Source: Sulfurovum sp.
GTDB taxonomy: Bacteria > Campylobacterota > Campylobacteria > Campylobacterales > Arcobacteraceae
Assembly (NCBI GenBank): GCA_039767755.1
Contig: JBDNBT010000157.1
Span: forward strand, 1 to 50,612
Reading direction: 5' to 3'
DNA length: 50,612 nucleotides
Part shown: one piece after another, positions 1-11,380 of the stretch
Position numbering within the stretch: position 1 is the stretch's first letter
How the letters are laid out: the number at the start of each line of letters is the position of its first letter
Translations under genes and position numbers: made by a program
Notes under the pieces: generated by a model
What the model saw: the letters and a program-made list of their open reading frames with translations, nothing else
Told to the model about the DNA's origin: nothing
Databases searched by the model: none

Positions 1-1275
1 GTTTTCAAGAGCTGTACGTCGACCTCTGCTGTGGAGGCCTTTGTGAAAGCCAGGCAAGGTCATTTGTTCCCCCTTCAAAGAGGGCTTTGTTTCTTGGTAA
101 AACTCTTCAACATTTTCATTTGAAAATTCTAAAGACTTTAGCCAGTTTAAATTAATATTATTATTTTGATTTGAAGAGTTATTGCCTGATTTGTACTTCC
201 AATGGGCAGCAATACCATATTCTGCAATTTTATGCATATCAAATGTTCTTATTTGAATTTCATAAATTTTAGAATTGTGAAACACAGTAGTATGAATAGT
301 TTGATATCCATTTTCTTTTGGAGTGGCTAAATAATCTTTAAATCTAGAAATCAAAGGTTTAAATTCTAAGTGTATAAATCCTAAGATTTTATAACACTCA
401 ATGGGATCATCAACTAAAATTCTAATTGCAAATAAATCAAGTACTTCATCAATAGAGATACCTTTTCTTTGCATTTTTAAATAAATAGAATAGTGGTGTT
501 TGATTCTTGAATATATTTTGATATTGTTTAAATCAAAACCTTGTTTATCTAAAAGATCTTTTGTAGTTGATATAAAATTATTAAAAGTAACTTCTATTGT
601 TTGTTGTTGTTCTTTTAAAAATCTATCAATTTTTTCATATTCAAGGGGATAAATATAATAAAAAGCTAAATCTTCAAGGGCATTTTTAAGGGTAGATATA
701 CCTAATCTATTGGCAATTGGAACATATACAACAAGTGTTTCTTCTGCTATTCTTTTTTGCTTTTCAGGTGATAGGGCATCTAGTGTTAGCATATTGTGAA
801 GTCTATCACATAGCTTAACTATTAAAACCCTAACATCATCAATAGATGCAATTAGCATCTTTCTAAAAGTTAAAGCAGATGAAACAAGCTTTCTATCACT
901 TGTTTGAGAAGAGGGTACAAGTTCATGTTCTCTGATTTCTACAATTTTTGTAAGTCCATCAACCATATGAGCAATGTCTGCTCCCCAGTTATTTATAACA
1001 TATTCTAAATCATAGTGAGTATCTTCAACTACATCATGTAATAGTGAAGTTGCAATAATAGCTTCTTCGTTTGAAAAGTGTGCAGTAATACTAGCAACTA
1101 AAATAGGGTGAACACAGTATTCTTCACCACTTTTTCTATACTGACCTTCATGGGCCTTTATAGTAAAGTTAATTAATTCTTCTAATTTAGGAGTTAGAGT
1201 TGTAGTTTCTTTTAGTAATTTTATAGCATCTTCAGTAGTATTTATCGTCTGAATTTTTTTAATAAATGGATCCAT
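1..1275 (-). CDS. spoT: (p)ppGpp synthetase/hydrolase, RelA/SpoT family (first 425 codons; ORF stays open to position 1, rest lies outside the window)
   Basis: Absent from the ORF track because it is open at the edge. My translation from ATG 1275..1273 gives MDPFIKKIQT..., with HD motif LLHDVVEDT, LCDRLHNM, and synthetase motifs GYQTIHTTV and EIQIRTFDMHKIAEYGIAAHWKYK. The pyrH-rpoZ-spoT order matches Campylobacter. Confidence 0.85.
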   Translation of the reverse strand, partial: MDPFIKKIQTINTTEDAIKLLKETTTLTPKLEELINFTIKAHEGQYRKSGEEYCVHPILVASITAHFSNEEAIIATSLLHDVVEDTHYDLEYVINNWGADIAHMVDGLTKIVEIREHELVPSSQTSDRKLVSSALTFRKMLIASIDDVRVLIVKLCDRLHNMLTLDALSPEKQKRIAEETLVVYVPIANRLGISTLKNALEDLAFYYIYPLEYEKIDRFLKEQQQTIEVTFNNFISTTKDLLDKQGFDLNNIKIYSRIKHHYSIYLKMQRKGISIDEVLDLFAIRILVDDPIECYKILGFIHLEFKPLISRFKDYLATPKENGYQTIHTTVFHNSKIYEIQIRTFDMHKIAEYGIAAHWKYKSGNNSSNQNNNINLNWLKSLEFSNENVEEFYQETKPSLKGEQMTLPGFHKGLHSRGRRTALEN

Positions 1276-1308
1276 AAATACCTTTTAGAAGATTATAGAC
1301 AAAGAATA

Positions 1309-1527
1309 TTATTCTTTATCTACTAATCCATCAATTCTTAATAAACCAGATGCAATTTCATCAATTGCGATATCTGTATATTTCATATTTTGAGTGTTTT
1401 GAGTTAAAAGTGGTTTAGCACCTTTACTTAATTCATCAGCTCTTTGACCTACAGCAATAGATAAGATATATCTGTCATTGTTTGTGTATTTTAAAGCTTC
1501 ACTAATTCTTTCTTCTAATCTAATCAT
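1309..1527 (-). CDS. rpoZ: DNA-directed RNA polymerase subunit omega
   Basis: 72 aa, located between pyrH and spoT where rpoZ sits in Campylobacter. Starts 9 nt after the pyrH stop. Weak omega-like N-terminal region (DRYILSIAVGQRADEL). Confidence 0.7.
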   Translation of the reverse strand: MIRLEERISEALKYTNNDRYILSIAVGQRADELSKGAKPLLTQNTQNMKYTDIAIDEIASGLLRIDGLVDKE

Positions 1528-1536
1528 TTTATTTCC

Positions 1537-2277
<741 letters not shown>

Positions 2278-2310
2278 CTAAAAAATTGATTAAAATTCCT
2301 TTAATTATTT

Positions 2311-3378
2311 TTATGTAACTGCCCATTCATAAAAGGGTAAAACTTCTATATTCATATCGTTGTATTTAAATTTTTCATTATTTGATATGGTAACCACTAA
2401 AAGTTTCTCTATTTGGTACTCTTTTATAGTTTTATAAATTTTTTTAATTTGGTTTTTCATTAAAAATGAATTAAAAAATGAGATAGCAACAATAGCAGTA
2501 CTCTCTTTTGGAAGATAAAAGTCCACATTATCTAAGTAATACACGTGCTTGTACTTACCAATAAGTTCCAAAAATATCATGTTTGAAAACTCATTTTTAA
2601 GTTTTTTTTCATGACTAATTACATTTAAAAAAGAGTGATTATATAAGTATATTTTTTTTGTAGCTTTTTCTTGATGATATTTTTCTAAAAAATATATTGT
2701 TTTATTTTGTTTTAGTTGCTCACATGATTTATAAAATGTATCTTTTGATACTTTAATTTTTGTTTTTAAAGTTGTAAATAGTTGATAAATAGACTTTTTT
2801 TCATCGATGTTTTCTATTAATATCTTTAATATCTCTAAGTGAGTGTCATTTTTTGATTGTAATGTTAAAATTTCTTGTGTTCTTTGGATTTTTTTGTTTT
2901 CATCCATGTTTACTGTTTCAACTAAATTTCCATATCTCAAAAAGTTATTGAAACTAACTGTAGTATTTTGATGTCTTGTATCATGAAGCAAATATTCTTC
3001 AAAATCTAAAGCTTTTAAATAAATATTTTTATAGCCTTTTATAACCCTATCATCATTTGAGGAGATAATAATAGTATCACAATATGGTACTTCAAAGGAA
3101 AAATCAAAGTTATCTAAAGCAAGAACTTTTATTTTGTTTTCTCTTAAAAATGTATCTAATTCATTTTGTATTTCAATTATATCATTCCTAATATCCTGCA
3201 TATTTACATATAGATATTCTTCGTTTTTATAGTTTGATAAATAATCATAAATTAGATAGCTTTTACCAACTTTAGCTGGGCCTGTAATAATAGTTTTTGT
3301 GTGGGTTATTCTTTGTTTTCTTTCTAAGAAATTAACTTTTGAGAAGTTGATTTCATAGCAGGCTTCAAGGGTTTTCAT
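2311..3378 (-). CDS. P-loop ATPase of unknown function (AAA/COG1373-like)
   Basis: 355 aa with Walker A ITGPAKVGKS and a hydrophobic-strand-plus-Asp VLALDNFD. Its ATG overlaps the pdxA stop by 1 nt (TAATG). Confidence 0.6.
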   Translation of the reverse strand: MKTLEACYEINFSKVNFLERKQRITHTKTIITGPAKVGKSYLIYDYLSNYKNEEYLYVNMQDIRNDIIEIQNELDTFLRENKIKVLALDNFDFSFEVPYCDTIIISSNDDRVIKGYKNIYLKALDFEEYLLHDTRHQNTTVSFNNFLRYGNLVETVNMDENKKIQRTQEILTLQSKNDTHLEILKILIENIDEKKSIYQLFTTLKTKIKVSKDTFYKSCEQLKQNKTIYFLEKYHQEKATKKIYLYNHSFLNVISHEKKLKNEFSNMIFLELIGKYKHVYYLDNVDFYLPKESTAIVAISFFNSFLMKNQIKKIYKTIKEYQIEKLLVVTISNNEKFKYNDMNIEVLPFYEWAVT

Positions 3379-4304
3379 TATCTTTTTGTTTTACTTAAAC
3401 TAACAGCTTCTTTAATTGCATTTTCATAACTTTTAGTATTTATAGGTTCATTTTTATAAGCTATATTAAAAGCAGTTCCATGGTCAACGGAAGTTCTAAT
3501 AATAGGAAGATTTAAACTTACATTTATACTCTCATCAAAATATAAAGCTTTTAATGGAATTAATCCCTGGTCATGGTACATTGCAACAAAATATTTATAG
3601 TTTTTTCTATTTTGTTTTGAAAAAGCAGTATCAGGAACCATTGGACCTTTAAATACATTTTTATTTAATTCTTTATTTGCATTTTTTATAGCTTTTATAA
3701 TGTGAACTTCTTCATTTCCTAAAACTCCATTATCACTTGCGTGGGGATTTAAAGCAAGTACTGCTATATTTTCTTGATTTACACTATTTTGAAAATCAAG
3801 TAAAAATCTTGTTAAATCTTCTTCATTTATAGATTTAGCAACTTTTTTTAATGGTATATGCTCTGTAAAAAGTGATACAAACATTTTTTTACATCCAAGC
3901 ATCATAATTGCGTGCTTACCAAAATAGCTTCTTAATACTTCTGTATGACCTTTATAATGAATATCAGCTTTTGCCCATGATTCTTTATTTATAGGTAGGG
4001 TACATATTGCATCCACTTGTTTTTTATCTGCTAATTTAATTGCATCATAAAAAGATAAATATGAGAATTTTCCACTTTTTTTAGAAACAGTTCCTGGTTT
4101 AATTTTAAAAGAACCTTTAGTTTCATATGTTTTAAAGTCTTTAGGAATTTCTATATTTAGTTGTTTAGAAGCTTCATTTAGAAGTTTTTTATTAATACAA
4201 TATACAGGCTTACAAAGTTTAGAGATTTTGTGGTGAGTTTTTAAGGCAATTTCAATACCAATACCATTTAAATCTCCAACACTTATAGCGATTTTAGCTT
4301 TCAT
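3378..4304 (-). CDS. pdxA: 4-hydroxythreonine-4-phosphate dehydrogenase
   Basis: 308 aa with TLPINKESW, YKGHTEVL and SVDHGTAFNIAYK motifs. Adjacent to pdxJ. Confidence 0.9.
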   Translation of the reverse strand: MKAKIAISVGDLNGIGIEIALKTHHKISKLCKPVYCINKKLLNEASKQLNIEIPKDFKTYETKGSFKIKPGTVSKKSGKFSYLSFYDAIKLADKKQVDAICTLPINKESWAKADIHYKGHTEVLRSYFGKHAIMMLGCKKMFVSLFTEHIPLKKVAKSINEEDLTRFLLDFQNSVNQENIAVLALNPHASDNGVLGNEEVHIIKAIKNANKELNKNVFKGPMVPDTAFSKQNRKNYKYFVAMYHDQGLIPLKALYFDESINVSLNLPIIRTSVDHGTAFNIAYKNEPINTKSYENAIKEAVSLSKTKR

Positions 4305-4313
4305 AATAAGCCT

Positions 4314-5093
4314 TTATTTTAGGATGTTTTTCATTTCAATTATTGCATCTTTTAATCCTGTAAATACAGATCTTGCAATAATACTTTGTCCAATATTTAA
4401 TTCAATAATTTCTTTAATTGATGATATTAATGTAACATTTTGATAGTTTAATCCATGTCCAGCTGCTACTTTTAAATTTTGTTTAACTGCATAGTTTGCA
4501 GAAGTTTTTATTTGATTAATTGAATTATCTAACATTGTATTTAATTGTTTTCTTGGTAATTCTAATTCTTTGATTGTGTGTTGAGAATTTTGAAGATTTG
4601 AATTTAACATTGCATAGATATTTGCAAAACTTCCTGTGTGAAGTTCTATCCATCGAGCATTTAGTTTTGAAGCTAGGTCTATTGTTTCATTATCAGGGTC
4701 AATGAATAAAGACACTTCTATTTCATGCTCATGTAGTTTTTTAATGGCTTTTTGAATTTTTTCGAAATTACCATCTAAATCAAGTCCACCTTCTGTTGTA
4801 ACCTCATTTCTATTTTCAGGTACAAGGGTAGCCCTTGAAGGTTTTAATTCACAAACTATATCTATAATATCTTCATTTATAGAACACTCTAAGTTAACAG
4901 GTAATGTAGAAATAGCACAAATAGCTTTTGCATCGTCATCATGGATATGTCTTCTATCTTCTCTTAGGTGAATAGTAATTTGATCAGCACCGGCTAGTTT
5001 ACAAATACTTAGTGCATCAAGTGGACTTGGGTCATTTATTTTTCTAGCTTCTCTTAGAACTGCTATGTGGTCTATATTTACGCCTAGAAGCAT
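4314..5093 (-). CDS. pdxJ: pyridoxine 5'-phosphate synthase
   Basis: 259 aa with LGVNIDHIAVLREAR, ITIHLREDRRHI, ELHTG and AGHGLNY motifs. Confidence 0.95.
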   Translation of the reverse strand: MLLGVNIDHIAVLREARKINDPSPLDALSICKLAGADQITIHLREDRRHIHDDDAKAICAISTLPVNLECSINEDIIDIVCELKPSRATLVPENRNEVTTEGGLDLDGNFEKIQKAIKKLHEHEIEVSLFIDPDNETIDLASKLNARWIELHTGSFANIYAMLNSNLQNSQHTIKELELPRKQLNTMLDNSINQIKTSANYAVKQNLKVAAGHGLNYQNVTLISSIKEIIELNIGQSIIARSVFTGLKDAIIEMKNILK

Positions 5094-5140
5094 ATTAATT
5101 CCTTACTTTTATAATTTATTTTATGTTTAATATTTAGATA

Positions 5141-6550
5141 CTAAGATAAATCTTTTAGTGTAGCTATATTAGCTGCTAATTTATTGTGAACTTCTAGATA
5201 CTCATCTTCAGGATTTGAATCAGCTACAACTCCCGCTCCTGCTTGAAATATAATCTTATCATCAGTTATCATTGTTGTTCTAATAGTAATTGCACTATCC
5301 ATATTTCCATCAAATCCAAAGTAAGCAATACTTCCTGAATAGAAATTTCTTTTAATACCTTCAAACTGTGCAATAAGTTCCATAGCTCTAATTTTAGGTG
5401 CACCTGTCATTGTACCAGCTGTAAAAGTTGCTGCAAAAAGATCAAACTGATCATATTTATCATCAATTACAGCTTCAACATCTGAAACAATATGCATAAC
5501 ATGTGAGTATTTTTCAATTCTCATTAAATCTGTAACTTTTACAGTTCCAGCTTGAGCTACTCTACCCACATCATTTCTTCCAAGATCAACAAGCATAATA
5601 TGTTCTGCTCTTTCTTTAGTATCATTGATTAACTCTTCTTCCATAGCTAAATCTTTTTCTAAAGTTTTACCTCTTTTTCTTGTCCCTGCAATTGGTCTTA
5701 AAAGTAAGTGACCATCTACTAATCTAATCATAACCTCAGGACTACTTCCTGCTATTGCGAAATCTTCATAATCAAGCAAAAATAAATAAGGACTAGGATT
5801 TTTACTTCTTAAAGCACGATAAAAACTCACATGATCAACTTTTGCTTTTTGAATAAATCTATTTGACATTAAAATCTGAAATACATCACCTGATTTAATC
5901 ATTTCTTTTGATTTAGCTACCATTTCAAAGAATTGTTCTTTTGTGTAGTTAAATTTACCATCATCAATAATAGTAGCTTTTTTTAGTGGAGTGAAAGTAT
6001 ATGGAGTGTAAAGTTCTTTTTCAATTGAATCTAATTCATTTTTTAGTTTATCAACACTTGTTACCATTACTAATTTTGAAGTTTTATGAGAAAAACCTAA
6101 TATTATATTTGGTCTAATTAAATCTAAATCTGGTATATTTAATTGATCTTCAAGGTCATTCATATATGGTTTTAAAACAGGTTCAAACTCTTTTCCAATA
6201 TCATAACCAACATTTCCAATAAAACCATCAACTAGACCAATTCCTAACTCTAAGGCTTTGTCTTTATATAGTTTTTGATCAAAGTTTTTATAATAATCTT
6301 TTAAAAAATGTAAAGGGTTCGAATTAACTTCACTTATTTCTTGAGCTTCATTTTTATAGAAACATTTGTTATCTTTGTACCATACTCTTTCCCTTGCACC
6401 TATAATAATGTATGAGTAGTTACCATCACTTGAATTAATAGTACTTTCAAAAAGAAATGTAATTTCTTTTGGGTATAAGTTTTTTATTTTTTCATATATT
6501 GATACAGGTGTAAACTGGTCTAAAAATAACTCTTTTGTATAAAAATTCAT
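5141..6550 (-). CDS. trpE: anthranilate synthase component I (chorismate-binding enzyme)
   Basis: 469 aa. N-terminal FLFES...GNYSYI resembles the TrpE LLES/RYS tryptophan-site pattern. Also has [20 protein letters not shown] and [16 protein letters not shown]. PabB cannot be fully excluded. Confidence 0.75.
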   Translation of the reverse strand: MNFYTKELFLDQFTPVSIYEKIKNLYPKEITFLFESTINSSDGNYSYIIIGARERVWYKDNKCFYKNEAQEISEVNSNPLHFLKDYYKNFDQKLYKDKALELGIGLVDGFIGNVGYDIGKEFEPVLKPYMNDLEDQLNIPDLDLIRPNIILGFSHKTSKLVMVTSVDKLKNELDSIEKELYTPYTFTPLKKATIIDDGKFNYTKEQFFEMVAKSKEMIKSGDVFQILMSNRFIQKAKVDHVSFYRALRSKNPSPYLFLLDYEDFAIAGSSPEVMIRLVDGHLLLRPIAGTRKRGKTLEKDLAMEEELINDTKERAEHIMLVDLGRNDVGRVAQAGTVKVTDLMRIEKYSHVMHIVSDVEAVIDDKYDQFDLFAATFTAGTMTGAPKIRAMELIAQFEGIKRNFYSGSIAYFGFDGNMDSAITIRTTMITDDKIIFQAGAGVVADSNPEDEYLEVHNKLAANIATLKDLS

Positions 6551-6574
6551 ATATTTTACTTCTTTAATAATAAT

Positions 6575-7573
6575 TTAAAATTTCAGTACAAATGCACTAG
6601 ATAATTTTAGTTTTCTTTTTACGTTTTCAACGTCTTGTTTTGCTTGAGCTCTACTTGAATATGGACCAACTAAAACTTTATTATATATAGTACCTTTAAC
6701 ATTTACTGCATGTACTGTATATTTTAAATTAGCTTTTTTTATACTATTAATATAGTTTTGTGATGGAGTTTTTGTAAATGCTCCAACTTGAATGAAGTAA
6801 CCATTTGGTTTACTTGAATCTACTTTATTAACTAATTCTTTTACACTAGATACTTTAGGTTTTTGAGCAGGTTTTGGAACTACTTTTTTTGGTTCTTGTT
6901 TTACAACAATTGGTTTTGGTGCAACTTGTTTTTCTTCAATTGTTTGAATAATTCTTTGAGTTTCACTTAACTGTGCTTTTTCTTGAACTTTATTAATTGT
7001 TTCATCTAAAGCTTTATCACTCATAGGATTAATTTCTTCTTTATCTTCTAATAGTTCAGATGCTTGAAGTCTAGTCTCTTCTAGTCTTCTTTGATTGATT
7101 TCTTCTTCTCTTTTTTTCTTTTCATTCATTATTTTTTGGAAGTTTGAATCAACTGTTGAAGCTAGTTGATCATTTGTTTGTTCTTCAACTTTTTTTGAAG
7201 TAAATCCATCGTCTTTTTTCTCTTCATCATCACCCATTATCATTCTAAAAGTTAAAATAGTTATTAAAAATAGAATAATTAATACTAAGCCTAGTATTAA
7301 ATAGTTTCTTTTTTTATCAGGATTAATATTTTGAGTAGGTTCTTCTTCAAGCATTATATTATCGTATGCAACTTTAGCATCTTGACTAATGTTTAAATCA
7401 AATTCTTGATTAGTATTATCATCATTTATTGGTGTTTCATCTCTTATAACTTCTTCTTGATTTGTAAACACTTGGTTTTCTTGTTGTCTAAGTTCTGTTA
7501 ATTTTTCTTCAAGTTCTTCTTTTTCTTGTTTAATCTTAACTTTCTTTAAAAACTGTTCACCTTTGATTTCCAT
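6575..7573 (-). CDS. SPOR-domain membrane protein (cell division/septal peptidoglycan binding)
   Basis: 332 aa with an E/K-rich cytoplasmic N-terminus and one TM segment (YLILGLVLIILFLITILTF). C-terminal SPOR-like region GYFIQVGAFTK...VLVGPYSSRAQAKQ. Confidence 0.7.
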   Translation of the reverse strand: MEIKGEQFLKKVKIKQEKEELEEKLTELRQQENQVFTNQEEVIRDETPINDDNTNQEFDLNISQDAKVAYDNIMLEEEPTQNINPDKKRNYLILGLVLIILFLITILTFRMIMGDDEEKKDDGFTSKKVEEQTNDQLASTVDSNFQKIMNEKKKREEEINQRRLEETRLQASELLEDKEEINPMSDKALDETINKVQEKAQLSETQRIIQTIEEKQVAPKPIVVKQEPKKVVPKPAQKPKVSSVKELVNKVDSSKPNGYFIQVGAFTKTPSQNYINSIKKANLKYTVHAVNVKGTIYNKVLVGPYSSRAQAKQDVENVKRKLKLSSAFVLKF

Positions 7574-7592
7574 AACTAATCCTTAAATTTAG

Positions 7593-7632
7593 TTTCTTTA
7601 AAAAAGATAGATAATTATCTTTTTTAAAGAAA
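7593..7632. repeat. perfect 17-bp inverted repeat (TTTCTTTAAAAAAGATA / TATCTTTTTTAAAGAAA, 6-nt spacer) just upstream of the SPOR gene SD
   Basis: Arms 7593..7609 and 7616..7632 are exact reverse complements, read directly. Confidence 0.8.
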
Positions 7633-7639
7633 TTAATTT

Positions 7640-7668
7640 AAACAAAAGCAAACTAATTGCTTTTGTTT
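7640..7668 (-). terminator. intrinsic terminator downstream of glyA
   Basis: 11-bp perfect stem (AAACAAAAGCA / TGCTTTTGTTT) with a 7-nt loop, 19 nt after the glyA stop. The 3' arm on the minus strand is T-rich. Confidence 0.6.
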
Positions 7669-7686
7669 ATTTTATTAATATTTATA

Positions 7687-8949
7687 TTAGTAAGTTGATT
7701 GAGTATAAATTACAAAATCTTGTGCTAATACTTCTAATTCTTTTTTAACTTGTGCTTGTAAATCAGTGTTTTCAATATCATCTAATACATCACAAATTTT
7801 ATTTCCAATTATTTCGAATTCAGCTTCTTTCATACCTCTTGTAGTTAAAGCAGGAGAACCTATTCTAATACCTGAAGTTACAAAAGGACTTCTAGTTTCA
7901 CCAGGAACTGTGTTTTTATTAACAGTAATACCAGCATTACCTAAAGCAGCATCAGCATCTTTTCCTGAGAATTCTTTATTTAAAAATGAAACTAATACTA
8001 AGTGATTATCTGTTCCACCACTAACAATATCATATCCTCTTGCCACTAAAACTTCTCCAAGTTTAGCTGCATTTGCTTTTACTTGTTTAGCGTAAGTTTT
8101 CCACTCAGGTTTTAAAATTTCACCATATGCAACTGCTTTTGCAGCCATAACGTGAACTAATGGTCCACCTTGTAGTCCTGGGAAAATAGCAGAGTTTACT
8201 TTCTTAGCAATATCTTCATCATTTGTCATGATCATACCACCTCTTGGACCTCTTAAAGTCTTGTGAGTAGTAGTAGTTACAACATCTGCATAAGGGAATG
8301 GACTCATGTGCTCACCAGCAGCAACTAATCCAGCAATATGAGCAATATCAGCAAATAAAATAGCACCAACTGCATCAGCAATTTCTCTAAATTTAGAAAA
8401 GTCAATTTCTCTTGCATATGCACTTGCACCACAAACAATAATTTTTGGTTGACAAACCTTAGCAATTTCCATTACTTTTTCATAGTTAATTCTACCATCT
8501 AATTCAACACCATAATAAAATGCAGAATAGTTCTTACCTGAAAATGAAGGTTTGGAACCGTGAGTTAAGTGCCCACCATGAGATAAGTCCATACCTAAGA
8601 TTTTATCACCAGCTTTTAATAATGCTGCATAAACTGCACCATTAGCTTGTGAACCTGAGTGTGGTTGTACATTTGCAAAGTTACATCCGAATATTTCACA
8701 TGCTCTATCAATAGCTAATTGCTCTGCTTGATCAGCAAATTCACATCCACCATAATATCTTTTATTAGGATAACCCTCAGCATATTTATTAGTAAAAACT
8801 GAACCCATAGTTTCCATAACAGCTGCACTAGTGAAGTTCTCACTAGCAATCATTTCTAAGTGGTTAGTTTGTCTTGCTAACTCATTCTCAACCATTCCAA
8901 AAATTTCTGGATCTGCTTCTTTTAATCTTGCGTTTGATAAAAAACTCAT
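7687..8949 (-). CDS. glyA: serine hydroxymethyltransferase
   Basis: 420 aa with PLP-lysine motif [15 protein letters not shown]. Confidence 0.97.
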   Translation of the reverse strand: MSFLSNARLKEADPEIFGMVENELARQTNHLEMIASENFTSAAVMETMGSVFTNKYAEGYPNKRYYGGCEFADQAEQLAIDRACEIFGCNFANVQPHSGSQANGAVYAALLKAGDKILGMDLSHGGHLTHGSKPSFSGKNYSAFYYGVELDGRINYEKVMEIAKVCQPKIIVCGASAYAREIDFSKFREIADAVGAILFADIAHIAGLVAAGEHMSPFPYADVVTTTTHKTLRGPRGGMIMTNDEDIAKKVNSAIFPGLQGGPLVHVMAAKAVAYGEILKPEWKTYAKQVKANAAKLGEVLVARGYDIVSGGTDNHLVLVSFLNKEFSGKDADAALGNAGITVNKNTVPGETRSPFVTSGIRIGSPALTTRGMKEAEFEIIGNKICDVLDDIENTDLQAQVKKELEVLAQDFVIYTQSTY

Positions 8950-8977
8950 TTTCTTTCTCCTACTTTATATTTAAAAT

Positions 8978-10501
8978 TTAATTTTCTTCTTCGTTTTCTG
9001 CATGTAAATCAATTTCGTGTTTAATTGGTTTCATTGCAGGGAATAATAATACATCTCTAATTGAATGTTGATTTGTAAGCATCATTACAAGTCTATCAAT
9101 ACCAATACCTTGACCGGCTGTTGGAGCCATACCATAAGATAAAGCATTTACAAAATCTTCATCCATTTCATGTGCTTCATCATCACCACTATCTTTTGCA
9201 GCCATTTGACCTTCAAATCTTTCTAATTGATCAATTGGGTCATTAAGCTCACTGAATGCATTTGCAATTTCTTTACCAGCTATAAATAATTCAAACCTAT
9301 CAGTTAAATGAGGTTTTTCATCACTTCTTCTTGCTAATGGTGAAATCTCAACTGGGTATTCAGTAATAAAAGTTGGGTCAATTAATTTATCTTCAACATA
9401 TTCATCGAATAACTCACCTTGAAGTTGTCCTAAATTCATAGCTTCATTCACTTCAAGATTTTTTTCTTTCATATATGCAATAATTTTATCTTTATCTTCT
9501 GTAATATCTGCTGGAACGCCACCAATTTCACTTAGTGAAGTAATTAGAGGTATTTCTGTGAAGTTTTCAAAGTTAACTTTTAAATCACCGTATGGTAAAA
9601 CTGTAGGTAACTCTAAGTGTTCGAATAAATATTCAAAATACTCTTTTGTAATTTCAATTAAATCTTTATATGTTTTATATGCCCAATAAAATTCAATTGA
9701 AGTAAACTCAGGGTTATGTGTAGCATCCATTCCTTCGTTTCTAAAGTTTCTGTTTATTTCAAATACAGCTTCAAATCCACCAACTATACATCTTTTTAAA
9801 TATAACTCAGGTGCAATTCTTAAAAATCTATCAACACCTAAGGCATTGTGATGGGTTGTAAATGGTTTAGCATTAGCTCCACCTGCAATAGGGTGCATCA
9901 TTGGAGTTTCTACTTCTAAGAAACCTTTATCTTCAAAGAATCTTCTTGTTAAGCTAATAACCTTACTTCTTACGTGGAAAGTCTTTTTAACTTCTGAGTT
10001 CATAATAAGATCTAAATATCTTTGTCTGTATCTTAGCTCTTTATCTTGAATACCGTGATATTTTTCAGGAAGTGGAGAAATAGCTTTAGTTAGTATTGTA
10101 AAGTCAGTTACATGTAAAGATAATTCACCTTTACCAGTTACAAAAGGGAAACCTGCAACTTCAATAATATCTCCAACTTCTACAGTTTTTTTGAATACAT
10201 CATTATAAAAACCTTCAGGTAAGTTATCTCTTGTTACATAAATTTGTAAGATACCGCTTTCATCTTCTATTTTTAAAAATGAAGCTTTACCCATAAGTCT
10301 AAAGAATTTAATTCTACCTGCGAGTGTATAACTTCTGTTTTCATCTCTTTTGTTTTCAAGTTTTTCAACATCACTGTTTACGTTTAAAAACTTTGAAACA
10401 GTAGTATTTCTGTCACTGTGATTTGAGTATGGATTAAACCCAAGTTCTTTTAATTTGTTAGCTTTTTCAATTCTTTGCTGTATGTATTTATTTTCGAACA
10501 A
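8978..10501 (-). CDS. lysS: lysine--tRNA ligase (class II)
   Basis: 507 aa with RQRYLDL, FRNEG and [12 protein letters not shown] motifs. Confidence 0.97.
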   Translation of the reverse strand: MFENKYIQQRIEKANKLKELGFNPYSNHSDRNTTVSKFLNVNSDVEKLENKRDENRSYTLAGRIKFFRLMGKASFLKIEDESGILQIYVTRDNLPEGFYNDVFKKTVEVGDIIEVAGFPFVTGKGELSLHVTDFTILTKAISPLPEKYHGIQDKELRYRQRYLDLIMNSEVKKTFHVRSKVISLTRRFFEDKGFLEVETPMMHPIAGGANAKPFTTHHNALGVDRFLRIAPELYLKRCIVGGFEAVFEINRNFRNEGMDATHNPEFTSIEFYWAYKTYKDLIEITKEYFEYLFEHLELPTVLPYGDLKVNFENFTEIPLITSLSEIGGVPADITEDKDKIIAYMKEKNLEVNEAMNLGQLQGELFDEYVEDKLIDPTFITEYPVEISPLARRSDEKPHLTDRFELFIAGKEIANAFSELNDPIDQLERFEGQMAAKDSGDDEAHEMDEDFVNALSYGMAPTAGQGIGIDRLVMMLTNQHSIRDVLLFPAMKPIKHEIDLHAENEEEN

Positions 10502-10518
10502 TCTTAAAATCCTTTTAA

Positions 10519-11298
10519 TTAATTAGTTTTTTCTTCAGTATTTGTGCTTTGAAGTTTCTCTTCAAGTTGTTTTTTAACTTGCTCCATTTCTTCTGATGAA
10601 ATGTTTTTAGCATTGTCAATTTGATCTTCAACTTTGTTAATTATCTCTTCTTCAACTTTTTGTTTTACATTTGATGTGATTTCATCTGTTGTATCTTTTA
10701 AAGTTTTAATACCATTTCCAACTGATTTTAAAACTTCATCAGTAGCTGATTGTGACTGATTTTCTTGTTGGTTTGTATCTTCTTTTTGTTCATCTGATTG
10801 AATGTTTAGTGTATCAAGTTTCATAATAAATGCACCAGTTGATAATAAGTATGGCATTACTATTGAATTTTGAGTTTTTTCATCTAATGTTTTTTTGAAT
10901 GAATTGATTTGGTATAAAGCATGTGCAATAATTGCAAAAATTAAAAAGATTTTTCCAGCACCAAAAATAAATCCAAATAATCTATCAAATAGACCAAGTC
11001 CAGCTGCTGCAAACATCTTACTTACGATAGTACCTATTACATAGATAACTAACCAGAATCCAATTAAACTAGCTACAAATCCAATTAAAGAGATAGTATT
11101 TGAACTTTCTAATCCTAAAATAGGTGCAAGTAGATTACCAACTTCTCCTGAAGTTCTTGAGGCTACAAAAACAGAACCTACTATACCAATAATCCCAAAA
11201 ACCTCTTTAACAAGACCTTTCATAAGTCCCTTAAGACCAAGTATAAGAGTAATACTTAATATAATAATATCAAAAATTGCCAATGATTGCATAAACAT
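10519..11298 (-). CDS. cvpA: CvpA-family membrane protein with acidic C-terminal tail
   Basis: 259 aa with four hydrophobic segments arranged as in CvpA, followed by an E/Q/K-rich tail. Confidence 0.7.
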   Translation of the reverse strand: MFMQSLAIFDIIILSITLILGLKGLMKGLVKEVFGIIGIVGSVFVASRTSGEVGNLLAPILGLESSNTISLIGFVASLIGFWLVIYVIGTIVSKMFAAAGLGLFDRLFGFIFGAGKIFLIFAIIAHALYQINSFKKTLDEKTQNSIVMPYLLSTGAFIMKLDTLNIQSDEQKEDTNQQENQSQSATDEVLKSVGNGIKTLKDTTDEITSNVKQKVEEEIINKVEDQIDNAKNISSEEMEQVKKQLEEKLQSTNTEEKTN

Positions 11299-11368
11299 CC
11301 CTTTGCTAATAATGAGGGATTATATCTAGTTTTTACAAAATAAAAGTTTAAAGTAATTTTTTTTTGGA

Positions 11369-11374
11369 TAGAAT
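11369..11374 (+). promoter_or_regulatory. candidate -10 box (TAGAAT) 6 nt upstream of the ispG ATG, behind a 9-T tract
   Basis: Sequence is tttttttttggaTAGAATatttacATG, with no SD between the box and the ATG. Confidence 0.4.
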
Positions 11375-11380
11375 ATTTAC

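Noticed and set aside
11367-11379. Identical 13-mer GATAGAATATTTA in the ispG promoter and again at 15275..15287 upstream of apt, a possible shared operator.
   Set aside because: In sequence this AT-rich, my rough estimate is that about one such 13-mer coincidence is expected among the intergenic regions of a window this size. Both copies are explained simply as -10 regions.
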